Below, in pieces: positions 1 through 8,950 of a DNA stretch of 42,635 nt. Every line of letters begins with the position of its first letter. The first letter of the stretch is position 1. The DNA is from Actinomycetes bacterium (lineage in GTDB: Bacteria; Actinomycetota; Actinomycetes; JAKEEW01), in assembly GCA_036560395.1 (NCBI GenBank), contig DATBRJ010000009.1, positions 1 to 42,635 of the forward strand, in the 5' to 3' direction. A model generated the notes under the pieces. It was not told the DNA's origin, did no database searches, and saw nothing but the letters and a program-made list of their open reading frames with translations. A program made the position numbers and the translations under genes.

Positions 1-120
1 GGCTGCGACGAGGACACGGCCTTCAGGAGGCTCTTGGCCGCCTCACAGCGCTCGCACGTGCGCCTCGTCGATCTAGCGACAAGGGTCGTCGAGACTCGCG
101 GCCGCCTCCCGCTGTCCTAG
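1..120 (+). CDS. C-terminal fragment of an ANTAR-domain RNA-binding regulator (5' end lies outside the window)
   Basis: Frame 1 from nt 1 reads GCDEDTAFRRLLAASQRSHVRLVDLATRVVETRGRLPLS, then TAG at 118-120. The pattern acidic-x-AF..L...SQ.s..kL.dlA..vv is the ANTAR helical signature. It is absent from the ORF track because no start lies in the window. Confidence 0.6.
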   Translation, partial: GCDEDTAFRRLLAASQRSHVRLVDLATRVVETRGRLPLS

Positions 121-352
121 TGGTCGCGCCCGCAAGTACTACGCCGCGTCTGGCGGGCCCAGCCGGCGCCTCGCCACGTTGTCGTCGTCGTCGCCATTAG
201 CGCCGCTAGCGGCCTCCTCCTCCGCCTTGCGATGCATCCGGCCGGACTCCGCCATACACCGCGGGCTGACGGGCGCGACCACTACTAGCCAGCCGTCGAG
301 CGGACGCTCGAGGCAGTCGTGGTACGGCGCGGGCCGCGTAACCTTGGGCCCC

Positions 353-1384
353 GTGCGAGAGCTGTCCGGCGTGGTGCTGGCCGACTACACGACCTTGCGG
401 GTCGGTGGATCAGCCAGCCGTTTCGTCGAGGTCGAGAAGCCGGAGGAGGCAGTCGAGGTCGTCGCCGCCGCGGACCGTACAGGCGAGCCGGTGCTCATCC
501 TCGGCGGTGGATCAAACGTGGTCGTTCCCGATGAGGGTTTCGCCGGCACCGTGGTACGGATGGCCACGGGCGGTTTGCACGTCGAGACAACGTCCGACGT
601 CGTCGCCGTGACCGCTCAGGCTGGCGAGGACTGGGACCAGCTCGTCGCCCTCTCCGTCACAGAACGCTGGTCCGGACTCGAGACGATGTCCGGGATACCA
701 GGGCTGGTCGGCGCTACGCCGATCCAGAACGTAGGTGCCTACGGTGGCGAAGTGTCCGAGACGATCACGAACGTCACTGTGTATGACCGCCGGTCCGGCG
801 CAACCAGGTCGATGAAACCCGCTGAGTGTCATTTCACCTATCGCAGCAGTGTGTTCAAGGGATCCGACCGCTACGTCGTCCTCGATGTGACGTACACCCT
901 GGAGGCATCGTCACTGGCCCGGCCCATCCGCTACGACGAGCTGAGCCTCGCGCTCGAGGCTGAGGTCGGCGCCCGCCTCCCGCTGACCGCTGTACGTGAA
1001 GCCGTGCTCCGGCTGCGCCGGCGTAAGGGGATGGTTCTCGATGGCGCCGACCCGGACACTGCGAGCGCGGGTTCGTTCTTCACCAACCCGATCGTGGCCC
1101 TAGCACAGGTTGCGGATCTGCCGGCCGGCCTGCCGCGCTGGCCGCAATCCGACGGGACGGTCAAGATCTCGGCCGCCTGGCTCATCGAGCACGCCGGCTT
1201 CGGAAGGGGTTACGGCGAGGGACCAGCGCGCATCTCGACCAAACACACCCTTGCGCTCACCAACCGAGGCGGCGCCCGGGCTGCGGATCTGCTTGCCCTC
1301 GCCGGCGAGATCCGTGATGGAGTGCGCCGGCAATACGGCATCGAGCTCAGCCACGAGCCTGTCGTCGTCGGCGCAGTGCTCTAA
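353..1384 (+). CDS. murB: UDP-N-acetylenolpyruvoylglucosamine reductase MurB
   Basis: ORF track 179..1384. It contains LADYTTLRVGGSASRFVEV...LILGGGSNVVVPDEGFAGTVV (FAD-binding N-terminus) and SAGSFFTNP (substrate domain). Homologues start a few residues before the TTLRVGG motif, so GTG 353 (or TTG 344) is preferred over TTG 179. The extra 58 codons from 179 are S/T/R-rich and look non-coding. Confidence 0.9.
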   Translation: MRELSGVVLADYTTLRVGGSASRFVEVEKPEEAVEVVAAADRTGEPVLILGGGSNVVVPDEGFAGTVVRMATGGLHVETTSDVVAVTAQAGEDWDQLVALSVTERWSGLETMSGIPGLVGATPIQNVGAYGGEVSETITNVTVYDRRSGATRSMKPAECHFTYRSSVFKGSDRYVVLDVTYTLEASSLARPIRYDELSLALEAEVGARLPLTAVREAVLRLRRRKGMVLDGADPDTASAGSFFTNPIVALAQVADLPAGLPRWPQSDGTVKISAAWLIEHAGFGRGYGEGPARISTKHTLALTNRGGARAADLLALAGEIRDGVRRQYGIELSHEPVVVGAVL

Positions 1385-1400
1385 AGCCGACGGTACGGCT

Positions 1401-1436
1401 GACGACAGAGGCCGCGATGACGACAGAGGCTGCGAT
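1401..1436. repeat. 18-nt tandem duplication in the convergent murB/add intergenic region
   Basis: gacgacagaggcCgcgat (1401-1418) and gacgacagaggcTgcgat (1419-1436), 17/18 identical. Confidence 0.85.
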
Positions 1437-1467
1437 AAGGAGGCTGACGCAGAGACCGACGGCGACC

Positions 1468-2496
1468 TCAACCATCCGAGGCCAGCCAGGCGTCCACGCC
1501 GGCCAGGAGGTCCACCTTGACGTGGCCGGGCGCGAGGGAGCCGCGCACCGACTCCCGCGCGAGCGCAGCCAGCTCGTCATCTGAACTGCCGAACGCGTCG
1601 CGGACCAGTGCGTACTGTGCGGCGACCCGATCGCCGAACAACAGCGGATCATCTGCGCCGAGCGCCACCTGAACCCCGGCCGCCCGAAGCATGGGCAGCG
1701 GCACGTCCGCCGCCTTGTCGTACACGCCCATCGCGACGTTAGACGTGGGGCACACCTCGAGCACCACACCGGCCGTGGCGATCTGCTGGACAAGAGCCGG
1801 ATCCTCCGTCGCGCGGACACCGTGACCGATGCGGCGGGCACTCAGAAGGTCCAGGCAGTCCCGGACGCTGCTCGGTCCGGCGAGCTCGCCACCGTGCGGC
1901 ACCCCGGCGAGTCCGGCCCGCCTGGCGATAGCGAAGGCGCGATCGAAGTCGGCCGGCCGGCCGCGGCGCTCGTCATTGGACAACCCGAAGCCGACGACCC
2001 CACGGGTTGCGTACTGCCCGGCAAGCCGCGCGAGCGTCCGTGCGTCGAGTGGGTGCCGGGTGCGGTTCGCAGCAATGATCAGCCCGATGCCGACGCCGGT
2101 CGCCGCCGACGCATCGGCCGCCGCGGCCAGGATGAGCTCGACTGCCTGGGTCAGGCCACCGAGCCTCGGCGCGTATGACGTCGGGTCGACCTGAATCTCG
2201 AGCCAGCCCGAGCCGTCCGCCCGTTCGTCCTCGGCGGCCTCCGCAAGCAGCCGGTGTATGTCTTCGGGTGTACGGATCACCGATCGCGCTGCGTCGTAGA
2301 GGCGCTGGAAGCGAAACCATCCACGCTCGTCGGTCGCCCGCAGCTGCGGCGGGCCGGGCCGGAGCAGGGCCTCAGGCAGCCGGATCTGATGGATGTCGGC
2401 CAGCTCGAGCAGCGTGGAGTGGCGCATCGCCCCAGTGAAATGCAGGTGCAGGTGCGCCTTCGGCAGTGTTCGTACGTCTCGCCGTCGCTCAGTCAG
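1468..2496 (-). CDS. add: Adenosine deaminase (amidohydrolase fold), predicted CTG start
   Basis: ORF track 1468..2427 (MRHSTLLELADIHQIRLPEALL...HGGE...GHG...LGADDP). The same frame continues upstream as LTERRRDVRTLPKAHLHLHFTGA, which carries the HxH metal motif. No ATG/GTG/TTG occurs before the in-frame TGA at 2589..2587. CTG 2496..2494 sits 7 nt after GGAGG (2508..2504). Confidence 0.85.
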   Translation of the reverse strand: MTERRRDVRTLPKAHLHLHFTGAMRHSTLLELADIHQIRLPEALLRPGPPQLRATDERGWFRFQRLYDAARSVIRTPEDIHRLLAEAAEDERADGSGWLEIQVDPTSYAPRLGGLTQAVELILAAAADASAATGVGIGLIIAANRTRHPLDARTLARLAGQYATRGVVGFGLSNDERRGRPADFDRAFAIARRAGLAGVPHGGELAGPSSVRDCLDLLSARRIGHGVRATEDPALVQQIATAGVVLEVCPTSNVAMGVYDKAADVPLPMLRAAGVQVALGADDPLLFGDRVAAQYALVRDAFGSSDDELAALARESVRGSLAPGHVKVDLLAGVDAWLASDG

Positions 2497-2661
2497 CCCG
2501 GCACCTCCGTCGCTGCTCGCTCCCGAAGGCTCGCTCCGCGAAAAAGGGCACCTTGTGCCAAGGACCCTGGAAGACGGTGCCGTTCTTCAGCCGCGAAGGT
2601 GCACGCAAGTTCCCTCGCTCGAATGCGGTTGGACAAAGATTCCCCTGCACGAATGCGCTTG

Positions 2662-3861
2662 CTAGCTGAAGAGCTTCTGCAGTCGGGTGATCCCCTCGAC
2701 GAGATCGGAGTCGGAGAGCGCATAGGAAAGGCGCACGTAGCCGGGAGTGCCGAACGCCTCACCTGGCACGACCGCCACCTCGGCCTCATCGAGGATGATC
2801 TCCGCCAGCTCAGCAGAGGATGTGGCTGTCCGTCCGTTGATCTCTCGTCCTAGCAGGGCCTTGACGGACGGGTAGGCATAAAACGCGCCGAGTGGCTCGG
2901 GGCATGTCACACCGGGAATCTCGTTGAGCATGCTGACGATCATCCGTCGGCGGCGATCGAAGGCGCCGCGCATCTCGGCCGCGGCGGAGAGATCGCCGGA
3001 GACCGCAGCGAGGGCGGCTCGCTGCGCCACGTTGGAGACGTTGGACGTCGCGTGCGACTGGAGATTGGTGGCTGCCTTGACCACGTCGACTGGGCCGATC
3101 ATCCAGCCGACCCGCCAGCCGGTCATGGCATAGGTCTTCGCCACCCCATTGAGAACCACGCACCGGTCTACAAGCTCCGGAACCTCCACTGGGATCGACG
3201 CGAACCGCGCATCGCCGTATACGAGGTGCTCGTAGATCTCGTCGGTAACCACCCAGAGACCTCGCGCGGCTGCCCACCGGCCGATCTCGGCAATCTGCTC
3301 CGGCGGGTAGACCGCGCCGGTCGGGTTGGACGGCGAGCAGAACAGCAGAATTTTCGTGCGGTCGGTCACCACCGCGTCAAGCTGATCGACGGTTGCCAGA
3401 TAGCCATGCGATTCGCCGGTGGGTACCTCGACCGGCACTCCACCGGCAAGCTTGATCACCTCGGGGTAGGTGGTCCAGTAGGGCGCAGGCAGTACGACCT
3501 CGTCGCCGGGGTCGAGCAAGGTCGCAAATGCCTCGTACACGGCGTGCTTGCCGCCGTTGGTCACCAGGACCTGCGCCGCGTCCACGGAGAGCTGGGAGTC
3601 GCGCAGGGTTTTCACCGCGATCGCCTCACGGAGCTCCGGAAGGCCGGCGGTGGGTGTGTAGCGATGGTTTCGCGGGTCACGGCAGGCCTGCGCGGCCGCC
3701 TCGACGATGTAGCCGGGCGTCGGGAAGTCCGGTTCGCCTGCGCCGAAGCCGATCACGGGCCGACCGGCCGCCTTCAACGCCTTCGCCTTGCCATCGACGG
3801 CGAGCGTGGCCGACTCGGTAATCGCGCCGATCCGAGCGGAGATGCGGTTCGAAGCTGGCAT
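2662..3861 (-). CDS. aspC: Class I PLP-dependent aminotransferase (aspartate aminotransferase-like)
   Basis: ORF track, 399 aa. Contains [16 protein letters not shown] and [16 protein letters not shown] (the PLP-lysine motif), which are typical of AspC/AspB family enzymes. Confidence 0.9.
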   Translation of the reverse strand: MPASNRISARIGAITESATLAVDGKAKALKAAGRPVIGFGAGEPDFPTPGYIVEAAAQACRDPRNHRYTPTAGLPELREAIAVKTLRDSQLSVDAAQVLVTNGGKHAVYEAFATLLDPGDEVVLPAPYWTTYPEVIKLAGGVPVEVPTGESHGYLATVDQLDAVVTDRTKILLFCSPSNPTGAVYPPEQIAEIGRWAAARGLWVVTDEIYEHLVYGDARFASIPVEVPELVDRCVVLNGVAKTYAMTGWRVGWMIGPVDVVKAATNLQSHATSNVSNVAQRAALAAVSGDLSAAAEMRGAFDRRRRMIVSMLNEIPGVTCPEPLGAFYAYPSVKALLGREINGRTATSSAELAEIILDEAEVAVVPGEAFGTPGYVRLSYALSDSDLVEGITRLQKLFS

Positions 3862-3991
3862 AGGGCTAATCTTTGCAGCCGGCCGGCGAGCTTGCTGCTC
3901 CGTTCGCCTCGGGCCGGTCTTCCACGTACACTCGTCGCCTGGTGGTCTGCGTTCGCATGCCCGGCGAGGGCGGCCAGCGTCTGATCATCAT

Positions 3992-4064
3992 AGGGTCGTA
4001 GCTCAATTGGTAGAGTCCCGGTCTCCAAAACCGGTGGTTGGGGGTTCGAGTCCCTCCGGCCCTG
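3992..4064 (+). tRNA. trnW: tRNA-Trp (anticodon CCA)
   Basis: 73-nt cloverleaf folded by hand. Acceptor stem AGGGTCG/CGGCCCT plus discriminator G. D arm GCTC-AATTGGTA-GAGT. Anticodon arm CCGGT-CTCCAAA-ACCGG with CCA at 4025-4027. T arm GGGGG-TTCGAGT-CCCTC. The 3' CCA is not encoded. Confidence 0.93.
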
Positions 4065-4160
4065 CGGCGCGCCCGCCGTTCGGCGGATGCGACACACGAA
4101 GGCCCTGCCCGGCGGCGGTTCGATGGCCGCGGAAGGACATCCCGATCAGGTGAGGATCAC

Positions 4161-4409
4161 GTGACCGACACGCGCGGCTCCACCGAGGCGCCACTGCGCC
4201 AGCCCTCGCGACCTCCGGCGAGGACGCGCACCGGGCCTGGACTGTTCTACCGCCAGGTGATCGCGGAGCTCCGCAAGGTGGTACGGCCGACGCGGCGAGA
4301 GCTGGTGACCTACACCACTGTGGTCGTCATCTTCGTGGTGATCGTGCTCGCCTACGTCTCCGGCTTGGACTACGTGTTCAGCAAGGCGGTCCTCAAGGTG
4401 TTCGGCTGA
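4161..4409 (+). CDS. secE: Preprotein translocase subunit SecE
   Basis: The track ORF 4038..4409 starts inside the tRNA, so that start is rejected. GTG 4161 follows GGTGAGGA. The product is 82 aa, ending ...FYRQVIAELRKVVRPTRRELVTYTTVVVIFVVIVLAYVSGLDYVFSKAVLKVFG (single C-terminal TM helix). The position upstream of nusG is canonical. Confidence 0.9.
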   Translation: MTDTRGSTEAPLRQPSRPPARTRTGPGLFYRQVIAELRKVVRPTRRELVTYTTVVVIFVVIVLAYVSGLDYVFSKAVLKVFG

Positions 4410-4461
4410 TCGCCTCACTCCGGTTCGTTGACGACCTGACCTTCACCGACCTGACCGCAGA

Positions 4462-4498
4462 CAACCCGAAGCAAGCAACCCGAACGAAACAACCCGAA
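4462..4498 (+). repeat. Three 14-nt-period repeats with core CAACCCGAA in the secE-nusG spacer
   Basis: caacccgaa at 4462-4470, 4476-4484 and 4490-4498. They lie inside a 69-nt T-free tract (4453-4521) that ends at the nusG GTG. Confidence 0.9.
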
Positions 4499-4520
4499 CG
4501 CAGAGAAGAGAGCAACAACC

Positions 4521-5309
4521 GTGTCCGAGTCCCTGCACGACGCCGACGAGACCACCGAGCCTGGTCTTGCCTCGGAGCAGGCTGAGCTCGCCCTTGAGGA
4601 GTCCGACGCCGGTGAGTCCGGCGCCCAGCAGTCCAGCGGCGAGCAGTCAAGCACCGAGTCCAGTGCCGATGAGCATGGTGAGGTAGCGGAGGAAGTCGCA
4701 GGGGATGCCGAAGAGGACGAGTCCGAGCCGGCCGAACTGACTGAGTTCCGCAAGCAGCTGGCGTCGGTGCCCGGCGACTGGTTCGTCGTTCACTCCTACG
4801 CGGGTTACGAAAACCGGGTCAAGGCCAACCTCGAGAACCGGATTGCGTCCCTCAACATGGAGGATTACATCTTCCAGGTCGAGGTGCCTCAGGAGGAGGT
4901 CGTCGAGATCAAGAACGGCCAGCGCAAGAACGTCCGGCGGGTGAAGATGCCTGGCTATGTGCTGGTAAGGATGGATCTCACCGACGAGTCCTGGTCGGCC
5001 GTACGCCACACGCCAGGGGTGACCGGATTCGTCGGCCACAGCCACTCGCCGGTGCCGCTCACCTTCGGCGAGGTCTTCGACGCGCTGGCGCCCCAGGTGC
5101 ACCGCAAGGAGAAGGGTGCGCCAACACAGGTCAAGGTGCTCGACTTCGAAGTGGGTGACTCGGTCACCGTCATCGACGGGCCGTTCGCGACGCTGCAGGC
5201 CACGATCCACGAGATCAACCCCGACGCGCAGAAGGTCAAGGGCCTGGTCGAGATCTTCGGGCGGGAGACGCCGGTTGAGCTCTCGTTCCAGCAAATCCAG
5301 AAGAACTAA
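4521..5309 (+). CDS. nusG: Transcription termination/antitermination factor NusG with an acidic N-terminal extension
   Basis: ORF track, 262 aa. NGN domain [25 protein letters not shown] domain [48 protein letters not shown]. About 80 D/E/S-rich residues precede the NGN domain. Confidence 0.95.
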   Translation: MSESLHDADETTEPGLASEQAELALEESDAGESGAQQSSGEQSSTESSADEHGEVAEEVAGDAEEDESEPAELTEFRKQLASVPGDWFVVHSYAGYENRVKANLENRIASLNMEDYIFQVEVPQEEVVEIKNGQRKNVRRVKMPGYVLVRMDLTDESWSAVRHTPGVTGFVGHSHSPVPLTFGEVFDALAPQVHRKEKGAPTQVKVLDFEVGDSVTVIDGPFATLQATIHEINPDAQKVKGLVEIFGRETPVELSFQQIQKN

Positions 5310-5326
5310 TCCAGGAAGAATCGCTC

Positions 5327-5755
5327 ATGCCACCGAAGAAAAAGATCGCAGCGGTCATCAAGCTGCAGATCCAGGCCGGCCAGGCCACTCCGGCGCCGCC
5401 CGTCGGCCCGGCGCTCGGCCAGCACGGCGTCAACATCATGGAATTCTGCAAGGCCTATAACGCGGCCACCGAGTCGCAGCGGGGCAACGTGATTCCGGTG
5501 GAGATCACGGTCTATGAGGACCGTTCCTTCACCTTCGTCACTAAGACGCCCCCGGCGGCGAAGCTCCTGCTCAAGGCCGCCGGCATCGAAAAGGGAAGCG
5601 GGGAGCCGCACAAGACCAAGGTCGCGAAGCTCAGCCGCGAGCAGGTACGTGAGATCGCCCAGACCAAGATGGTGGACCTGAACGCCAACGACTTGGACGC
5701 CGCCGAGAAGATCATCGCCGGTACGGCCCGCCAGATGGGCATCACGATCGAGTAA
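5327..5755 (+). CDS. rplK: 50S ribosomal protein L11
   Basis: [45 protein letters not shown] is the canonical L11 N-terminus. SD AGGAAGAA lies upstream. Confidence 0.97.
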   Translation: MPPKKKIAAVIKLQIQAGQATPAPPVGPALGQHGVNIMEFCKAYNAATESQRGNVIPVEITVYEDRSFTFVTKTPPAAKLLLKAAGIEKGSGEPHKTKVAKLSREQVREIAQTKMVDLNANDLDAAEKIIAGTARQMGITIE

Positions 5756-5885
5756 GACCAGCTACCCGAGATGCCCAAGCGCGGCAGCGCATCTCACGTC
5801 ACGCAACGCCTCAGTGGGAGGGTCACGCGCTGGCCCCCAACCACGAACTCCCCTGACCACGTACTCCATACGAGGGAGAAGCACC

Positions 5886-6608
5886 ATGAAGCGCAGCAAG
5901 GCATATCGCAAGGCAGCCGACGGCGTTGACCGCGCCGAGCTCTACTCGCCGCTGGAGGCAGTTCGGCTGGCGAAGGAGACGTCGACGGTGAAATTCGACG
6001 CAACCGTCGAGGTCGCAATGCGGCTCGGTGTCGACCCGCGCAAGGCCGACCAGATGGTGAGGGGCACCGTCAATCTCCCCCATGGCACCGGCAAGACCGC
6101 ACGGGTTGCGGTCTTTGCCGCCGGTGAGCGGGCGGACCAGGCACAGGCTGCGGGCGCCGACTTTGTCGGCGCGGACGACCTGATCGAGCGGGTCCAAGGC
6201 GGCTTCCTCGACTTCGACGCCGCGGTCGCGACGCCCGATCTCATGGGCAAGGTCGGTCGGCTTGGACGCGTACTCGGTCCGCGTGGGCTCATGCCGAACC
6301 CGAAGACCGGTACCGTCACCAACGACGTGGCGAAGGCGGTTTCAGAGATCAAGGGCGGCAAGATCGAGTTTCGGGTGGACCGGCACGCGAACCTGCATTT
6401 CATCATCGGCAAGACATCCTTCAGCGACCAGGCTCTCGTCGAGAACTACGCCGCGGCCCTGGACGAGGTCCTTCGGCTTAAGCCGTCAGCCGCGAAGGGT
6501 CGTTACCTGAGGAAGGCAACTCTCACCACGACGATGGGGCCAGGCATCCCGGTCGACCCGAACAGGACCCGCAATCTCCTCGCCGAAGACGCGGCAACCG
6601 CGAGCTAA
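5886..6608 (+). CDS. rplA: 50S ribosomal protein L1
   Basis: Track ORF 5814..6608. ATG 5886 ([10 protein letters not shown]...) follows GAGGGAGAA and matches homologue N-termini. Contains [13 protein letters not shown] and [15 protein letters not shown]. Confidence 0.96.
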   Translation: MKRSKAYRKAADGVDRAELYSPLEAVRLAKETSTVKFDATVEVAMRLGVDPRKADQMVRGTVNLPHGTGKTARVAVFAAGERADQAQAAGADFVGADDLIERVQGGFLDFDAAVATPDLMGKVGRLGRVLGPRGLMPNPKTGTVTNDVAKAVSEIKGGKIEFRVDRHANLHFIIGKTSFSDQALVENYAAALDEVLRLKPSAAKGRYLRKATLTTTMGPGIPVDPNRTRNLLAEDAATAS

Positions 6609-6795
6609 ACCCGTCCCTGCAGGGGAGAGGGACGCGGGAGGTAGACCCGTGAAATCCGGCTCGGAAGGAACGGTGCGGCATCTCCGGCGCATCAGTAAGT
6701 GCGTAGGATTGGTGACGATGCCCGGCGCCACCGCCAGGATCCGGTGCTGGGTGGTTCGTCCCGATGGCGTGTTTGCGAATCGATAGGGGAAGCCC

Positions 6796-7617
6796 GTGCG
6801 TATCCTGCGCTGCCTGCGCCCTGCGGCGATCGCGGGTGTGGCGGCTCTCGCGCTCGTTCTCACCGCGTGCGGCGGTGGCGACGACAACGGCAACGCAAGC
6901 GGTGGCACCACTACGCTGACCGCCCAGGAGGCCATGGCTAAGGTCGGGCAGCAGCTCGACGACATGAAGTCCTGGTCATTCACGGTCGACATGAAGAGCA
7001 GCGGTGACACGGCGCTCAACATGAAGGGCACCGGCCAATACCAGCGCGAGCCCGCGCTCGCCATGCAGCTCAAGCTCGACACCCTCGAAGCGGCTGGGCA
7101 GTCGTTGAGCGGCGCGGAGGTACTCCTCGTCGACAACACGGTCTACCTGCATCTCGGTGAGCTGTCCTCCGCGCTGGGCGGCAAGCACTGGATCAAGGTC
7201 GGCGGCAACGCAATGGGTATGGGCCAGCTCCTCGACCAGCTTGCCTCGATTGACCCCAGCACTCAGATGCGGGCATTCGTCTCCTCCGGCAACGCCACTG
7301 AGGCGGGGACAGACGAGATCGACGGGGTTAAGACCACGAAGTACTCGGCCACGCTCAAGCCCGAGCAGCTCCCCAATCTCTCCTCGCTGGACAAATCCCA
7401 GCGCGAGGCGCTGAAGAAGACCTATGACGAGCTGGGCATCAAGGAGGTCAATTACACGGTGTGGGTCGACAGCCAGTACCAGCCTCGCAAGATCGTCGTC
7501 CACACCCCATCCTCCTCCGGCGACGTGACCGTCACGATGAACATCGCTGACATCAACAAGCGTGTCGACCTGTCCGCGCCGTCCGCCGATCAGGTGGCCG
7601 ACTTCCCCGGCAGCTAG
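6796..7617 (+). CDS. Secreted lipoprotein of unknown function (possibly a LolA/LppX-like fold)
   Basis: GTG start after GGGGAAG. Signal peptide MRILRCLRPAAIAGVAALALVLTAC with lipobox L-T-A-C (Cys25), followed by a G/D/N linker. The fold assignment is only an impression. Confidence 0.8.
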   Translation: MRILRCLRPAAIAGVAALALVLTACGGGDDNGNASGGTTTLTAQEAMAKVGQQLDDMKSWSFTVDMKSSGDTALNMKGTGQYQREPALAMQLKLDTLEAAGQSLSGAEVLLVDNTVYLHLGELSSALGGKHWIKVGGNAMGMGQLLDQLASIDPSTQMRAFVSSGNATEAGTDEIDGVKTTKYSATLKPEQLPNLSSLDKSQREALKKTYDELGIKEVNYTVWVDSQYQPRKIVVHTPSSSGDVTVTMNIADINKRVDLSAPSADQVADFPGS

Positions 7618-8095
7618 GAGCTTCGCCACCAGGCCCGGCATCTGTCACGCCGATCATGTCGATTTGCTGCGGTGCGGGTTCGTCACGTACCGTGGCACCT
7701 GCCAGAGATCACCGGTCGTCGCTCCGCTAGGAGCGACCGAAGGTTCCGGAAGCGGACGGCCAGCGTAGGCGCGGAAGTTGCCGGTCGTGCTGTTGCGGCA
7801 GTTGGTATCGCCCCGTGCCTGCGCCGGGGCGTTTCGCTTGTACGGGCCAACCGGGCACCCGAACTCCTCGACCGAGCTGAGGCAACACGCCTCAGCGACT
7901 ACGGCTCAGCGGACAAGCTGCGCGAACAGAGATACCGAACACAGCGAGAGCGATACACAGCACACCGACGCTCAGCCCAGTTCGCAGCGGGGCTGAGCCG
8001 GAACGATTGACAACCTCGGCCCAGTGGGCCGACGTCTGCGGGCGGTGGCGGTGCCATTGACTCCGCAGGCGCGGAAAGGCGCAGGAAGGAGGCCC

Positions 8096-8878
8096 ATGGC
8101 GCGGCCTGACAAGGTAGCCGCCGTTGCCGAGATTGCGGATGAGTTCCGCGCCTCGAATGCGGCCGTGCTGACCGAATACCGCGGTCTCAGCGTCGCCGAG
8201 CTCCAGGAGCTGCGGCGTTCGCTCGGCGAGTCCGCCAAATACGCCGTGGTGAAGAACACGCTGACCAAGATCGCCGCGAAGGAGGCGGGCGTCGAGCAGC
8301 TGACCGAACTGCTGGTCGGGCCGTCCGCGATCGCGTTCGTCAGGGGTGACCCGGTCGAAGCGGCCAAGGGTCTGCGTGACTTCGCCAGGGCACACCCATT
8401 CCTCGTCATCAAGGGTGGCGTGCTCGACGGCAAGCCGCTGAGCGCTGACGAGATCAGGAAGCTCGCCGACCTCGAGTCGCGCGAAGTGCTCCTCGCGAAG
8501 CTCGCCGGCGCGATGAAGGCCGGACCGCAGCAAGCGGCCTCGCTCTTCATGGCTCCGCTATCTCAGATGGCCCGCCTGATCGAGGCCCTGCGCGAGAAGG
8601 TCGAACAGGAGGGCGCCGCCGGCACAGCCGACACCACGGGCGGCACGGACAGCTCCGAGAACACTGGCGGCACGGAAACCACCGCTAGCACCGGAAGCGC
8701 TGACGGCACCGAAAGCACTGACAGCGCCGAAAGCACTGACAGCGCCGAAAGTACTGACGGCACCGGTAGCGCTGACGGCACCGGTAGCGCTGACAGCACC
8801 GCAAGCCCAGAAAGCACCAAGGCCGAAGCGGCGACCTCCACCCCAGACACCGAAACCAGCGGGTCCCCCGAGTCCTGA
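8096..8878 (+). CDS. rplJ: 50S ribosomal protein L10 with an ~88-aa acidic S/T/G-rich C-terminal tail
   Basis: Track ORF 8024..8878. ATG 8096 follows [52 protein letters not shown] is the canonical L10 N-terminus. The tail starts after ...REKVEQEG. Confidence 0.95.
   Translation: MARPDKVAAVAEIADEFRASNAAVLTEYRGLSVAELQELRRSLGESAKYAVVKNTLTKIAAKEAGVEQLTELLVGPSAIAFVRGDPVEAAKGLRDFARAHPFLVIKGGVLDGKPLSADEIRKLADLESREVLLAKLAGAMKAGPQQAASLFMAPLSQMARLIEALREKVEQEGAAGTADTTGGTDSSENTGGTETTASTGSADGTESTDSAESTDSAESTDGTGSADGTGSADSTASPESTKAEAATSTPDTETSGSPES
8693..8800 (+). repeat. Six in-frame tandem 18-nt units inside rplJ
   Basis: Units: ggaagcgctgacggcacc, gaaagcactgacagcgcc (twice, identical), gaaagtactgacggcacc, ggtagcgctgacggcacc, ggtagcgctgacagcacc. 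They encode [36 protein letters not shown]. Confidence 0.9.
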
Positions 8879-8950
8879 CTCGACTACCTAAACCACAGCA
8901 GATCGCACGTCCGGCGCTATCGCCGGCCTGTAAGGAAGGAACCGCCGATC

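Noticed and set aside
179-352. 58-codon N-terminal extension of murB from the track start (TTG 179)
   Set aside because: The S/T/R/P-rich sequence is unlike MurB N-termini. Homologues begin just before the TTLRVGG motif. It is kept only as an alternative start.
4038-4160. N-terminal extension of the secE ORF in the track
   Set aside because: The extension starts inside the tRNA-Trp gene. GTG 4161, with its own SD, gives a normal-length SecE.
6486-7139. 217-aa ORF antisense to the rplA end and the lipoprotein gene
   Set aside because: It overlaps two well-supported sense genes and contains no recognisable motifs.
7672-8010. 112-aa ORF in the region upstream of rplJ
   Set aside because: It has R-rich composition, no SD and low coding-like periodicity. 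The region is better explained as leader or spacer with hairpins.
8563-8850. Repeat-protein ORF antisense to the rplJ tail (and 28609..28907 antisense to the rplD tail)
   Set aside because: These are mirror images of the in-frame minisatellites. The sense frames are continuous with bona fide L10 and L4.
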